A stretch of 64,000 nt of DNA from Macrostomum lignano (taxonomy: Eukaryota). A program made the translations under genes and the position numbers. The notes under the pieces are model-generated. The model was not told where the DNA came from and did no database searches. It saw only the letters and a program-made list of their open reading frames with translations. How positions within the stretch are numbered: position 1 is the first letter of the stretch; the number at the start of each line of letters is the position of its first letter. The DNA lies in the NCBI GenBank assembly GCA_002269645.1, contig NIVC01000506.1:1-64000 (forward strand). Reading direction: 5' to 3'. Below are positions 60,160-64,000 of the stretch, piece by piece.

Positions 60160-61215
60160 TTAAAGAGAGGAGAGAAGAGGAGGGAAGAGAAGAGAGGGAA
60201 GAAGGGGTGAGAGAAAAAGGAAGAGAAAAGAGGAGAGAGAAAGGGAAAAAGTAGAGAAGAGAGAAGAGTGGAAAGAGCATAGAGAAGACAGCTAAGAGAA
60301 GATAGAGTATAGAAGAGAGAGGAACTAAAGGTAGAGAGGAGAGAATAAATAAAAGAGGAGAGAACAGAAGGAAAGGAGTAAGGAGAATTAAGAGAGTAGA
60401 GAGGAGAGATGAAAGTATAAAGTAAAGAGGGAAATATAAAAGTAGAAAGTAGAGAGGGAGAAATGAAAGTAAAGAGTAGAAAAGAGAAAATATGGGCAAA
60501 GAGGATAGAAAAGAAATGAGAAGAGAGAGAGAAGATTCAATATGAAAGATAAGAGGTAAAAGGAAGGAGGACAAATGAGAAAGAAAAAAAAGAAAGTAGA
60601 GATAAAAGAGAAGAGAAGATTTAAGAGAGGAGAGAAAAACAAGGAAAGAAGAAGGAAGTGAGGAGAAGGAAAGAGATAGGCCTAAAGAGAAGAGAGTGTA
60701 GAAAGCAAAGAGAAGAAAAGAGAGGAAAAAATAAAGAGAGAATGAGAAAAGATCAAAAAAGAGAAAAGAAAGATAAGAGAGCAGAGATAAGAGAGAAAAA
60801 GAAAGAAAAAAAGAGAGAAGAATAAGAGGAAAAAGAAGAGAGGACATAAGAAAGGAAAGAAGAAAAGAGGAGAGATACAAGAGAAGGGGGGAGAAAAGAG
60901 AAGAGAGAAAAAATTGGAAAGAGAGGAGAATAGAGATGAGAGAAAATAAAAGAAGAGAGATATGAGAGGAGAGAAGAGAAAGAAGAAACAAGGGAGAAAA
61001 GGAGAGCAGAGATAATAGAGAAAGCAGTAGAGAGTAGAGAACAGAGATAAGAGAAAAGAAAAGATAAAAATAGGAGGGATAAGAAAGAAAATATAATATG
61101 ATAAATAAGATAAAAAAGCAAGAGAAAAGCAAAGAAAGAAGAAAAGCTTCAAAGAACCCAAGAGATAGAGAGAGGCAGAGTGCAGAGGTCAGAGTTTGCC
61201 AACATATGCTTTGGA
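60160..61215. repeat. GA-rich low-complexity tract with the shared unique tail
   Basis: Ends in TTCAAAGAACCCAAGAGA...CAGAGGTCAGAGTTTGCCAACATATGCTTTGGA, homologous to 36413-36480. Confidence 0.8.
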
Positions 61216-61594
61216 TGGGTACCAGTCATTTCAGTGACAAGTTGCTTTTGTGATAGACACACTTCATTTTTTATGAAAAATTAAAGATATAATAAGTATT
61301 GTCATTTTGGTGATAAGAGGCATTTCATAATATTAGCTTATAGTTACTAGCAATCTAGTGCGGCCCTCCTTCGGGCGCCCAATAAGCAAGGAGCAAAAAT
61401 AGTTAATGGAAAACAATTAAAAAAGCACATTTTCTTAAGAACCAATTTCTTCTTCACTTTTAAAAATCACCTGATTCGTGAAAAATTGTCACAGACAAAG
61501 GTGTTGGCTATGAATCACTTTTTCTTTAAAATTAACAACCAGACAACAAAATATAGCTCCCTCTAGATAGAAAATATTCCCAAGACAGCAAACT

Positions 61595-62350
61595 TCCCCC
61601 TAGATAGCAAGCACCCCCCACAAAAGTAAGCAACCGCAAATAGCAAGCATCCCCTAATGCTCATAGCAAGCATCACCCCAGATAGCAAGCATTTGCAGAT
61701 AGCAAGCATCCCCCAGATAGCAAGCATCACCCCAGATAGCAAGCATCACCTCAGATAGCAAGCATCTATAGACAGCAAGTATCCCCTAGATAGAAGCATC
61801 CATCTAGATTGCAAGCATCCTGCAGATAGCAAGCATCCCCAGATAGAAGCTGCATCTACCTAGATAGCAAGCATCCCCAGATAGCAAGCATCACCCCAGA
61901 TAGCAAGCATCTGTAGACAGCAAGCATCCCCCAGATAGAAGTATCCATCCAGATCGCAAGCATCCTGCAGATAGCAAGCATCCCCCAGACAGAAGCTGCA
62001 TCTACCCAGATAGCAAGCATCCCCCAAATATTGTAGAAGTATCCACTCAGATAGTAAGCATCCCCCAGATAGAAGCATCTACTCAGATAGCAAGCATCCT
62101 GCAGATAGCAAGCCTCCCCCCCAGATATTATAGAAGCATCCTGCAGATAGCAAGCACCCCCCAGATATTATAGAAGCATCCACCCAGATGGCAAGCATCC
62201 TGCAGATAGCAAGAATCCCTAAATAGCAAGTATCCCTAGATAGAAAGAATCCCATACATGTAGTACCCCGAGTACCCCCTTCCCAAATAGCAAGTATCCC
62301 CCTCAAGAGCAAGCATCCTCCAGATAGCAAGCATCCGCAAGATAGCAAGT
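61595..62350. repeat. Degenerate GATAGCAAGCATCCCC repeat array
   Basis: Direct reading. Confidence 0.85.
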
Positions 62351-62539
62351 AGCTAGTGCAAATGTTACCTCCGCTAATGCAATAATCACTTTCGCAGGTT
62401 GTGCAACAATCCACATCTCAGCGAGTGCAATAATCTCTTTTTTAAAAAGCACAATAATCAGCTTCTCAGCTAGTGTTATAATCCTTTACTCATCAAGGCC
62501 AAAAATTGATGTCTCAGCTAGTGCAGTAGCCCTTTCTAA

Positions 62540-63140
62540 TCTAGTGCAACAATCCTTGGCTTATCAAGTGCAATAATCATTGGTTTATCAAGTGCAATAT
62601 TCTTTATTATCAAAGTGCAATAATCCTTGGCTTATCAAATGCAATAATCCTTGGTTTATCAAGTGTAATAATCCTTGGCTTATCAAAAGTAATAATCCTT
62701 GGTTTATCAAGTGTAATAATCCTTGGTTTATTAAGTGCAATAGTCCTAGGCTTATCAAGTACAATAATTATTGGCATATCAAGTGCAATAATCCATTGTT
62801 TATCAAGTGCAATAATCCTTGGTTTATCAAGTGCAATAATCCTTGGTTTATCAAATGCAATAATCCTTGGTTCATCAAGCACAATAATCTTTGCTTTATC
62901 AAGTGCAGTAGTCCTTGGTTTATCAAGTGTAATAATCCTTTGTTTATCAAATGCAATAATCCTTAGTTTATTAGGTGCAATAATCCTTGGTTTATCAAGT
63001 GCAATAATCCTTGGTTTATTAAGTGCAATAATCCTTGGTTTATCAAGTGCAATAATACTTGGTTTATCAAGCGCAGTAATCCTTGGTTTATCAGGTGAAA
63101 TAATCCTTGGTTTATCAAGTGCAGTAATCCTTGGTTTATT
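62540..63140. repeat. 24-bp minisatellite (AATAATCCTTGGTTTATCAAGTGC)
   Basis: Direct reading; produces the 8-aa periodic pseudo-ORFs. Confidence 0.95.
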
Positions 63141-64000
63141 TTCGCCATAATCCAGGTCTTTTTTAATTAGTCCTTGAACAAAAGCTTTCAATAAAAAATT
63201 ATGCTTCTTTTATTTTTTAATACACTACTAAGATCCAAACCCAGGATGCTGCGTTAGCAATCTAGTGTGTTTATATCTTGGCTAGCTCTCATTGAAATTA
63301 TAAATGAATTTGTAGCACTTATAATTCAACACTCACACCAAGTCAATTGAGTAAAAGTCACACAAAGCAGTTATAACATAATCAATTTCTTAGGCAAGTC
63401 AGTACTAGTCTCTATTAAAGTTAAAGCAATATGGTTACGCAATATAAATCAAGTATTGTGCTATGCTTCCACACTGCTTTTACAATATTGTGACACAATT
63501 CAATTCAGTGTCAAAATTCAGCCAGTATACACAGATGATAAATAAAAAGCCTATTGTGATGCAATCTATTTCAGAATCAGAATTCAATCAATCAGTTTTT
63601 TCCTAGCATTCTTACAATGCATTTCAAGTTGAAAGAACTGCTTGACCTTTGCAAAAAGCATGTTTTTTGAATATTTAATCCCTTTAGCATCAAGCAATTT
63701 CTTAGCCATGTTGCATGTACCATCACGGGAAAATTTCTGATCGAACAGTGCAAGTTCGAACAAAATTGATTGAGCCATTTTTGCTAAAATCAATCATATA
63801 CCTAGATACCAACAGACAATTTTTAATATAGTTGGATGGATTTTGTTAAGATTTATGCTTTATACCTATATATTTAAAAACTTTTGTTGAAAGATTAATA
63901 TATTTAGGAAAACAAATAAAACTAATTATGTTGTTTTCTTCCTGTATAGATCATTTTGAATTGTCCCAGAGTTTTCAGACACATAAACCATAAACCTATA

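Noticed and set aside
62580-63191. KCNNPWFI and LDKPRIIA periodic 'repeat proteins'
   Set aside because: A 24-bp satellite (a multiple of 3) keeps frames open on both strands; there is no unique coding flank.

Overview
Eukaryotic (metazoan) genomic DNA with GC-rich exons and satellite-filled introns; this texture suggests a free-living flatworm such as Macrostomum, but that is inference only. Spliced genes reconstructed by hand from GT-AG junctions and reading phase: the 3' part of a SUV4-20/KMT5 H4K20 methyltransferase (+), an SLC17/MFS anion transporter with a frame problem in exon 1 (-), a DEG/ENaC channel (-), a short Cys-loop ligand-gated ion channel (+), wnt5 (-, with a ~19.7-kb intron; signal-peptide exon not found) and foxO (-). 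The large wnt5 intron holds two same-strand nested paralogues of an unrecognised, probably GPI-anchored surface protein with ~98-99% identical flanking blocks and a highly divergent middle. It also holds a decayed Crypton-type tyrosine recombinase and a CACTA/foldback-like element. Upstream of wnt5 exon 2 is a Ty3/gypsy element (one LTR, tRNA-His PBS, GGGAAAC -1 site) inside a 23-bp satellite; its pol lacks integrase and continues in frame into an HPD-containing J-domain. Every reconstructed intron longer than ~250 bp contains its own tandem repeat, and two arrays are amplifications of the wnt5 stop codon and of a wnt5 splice donor.
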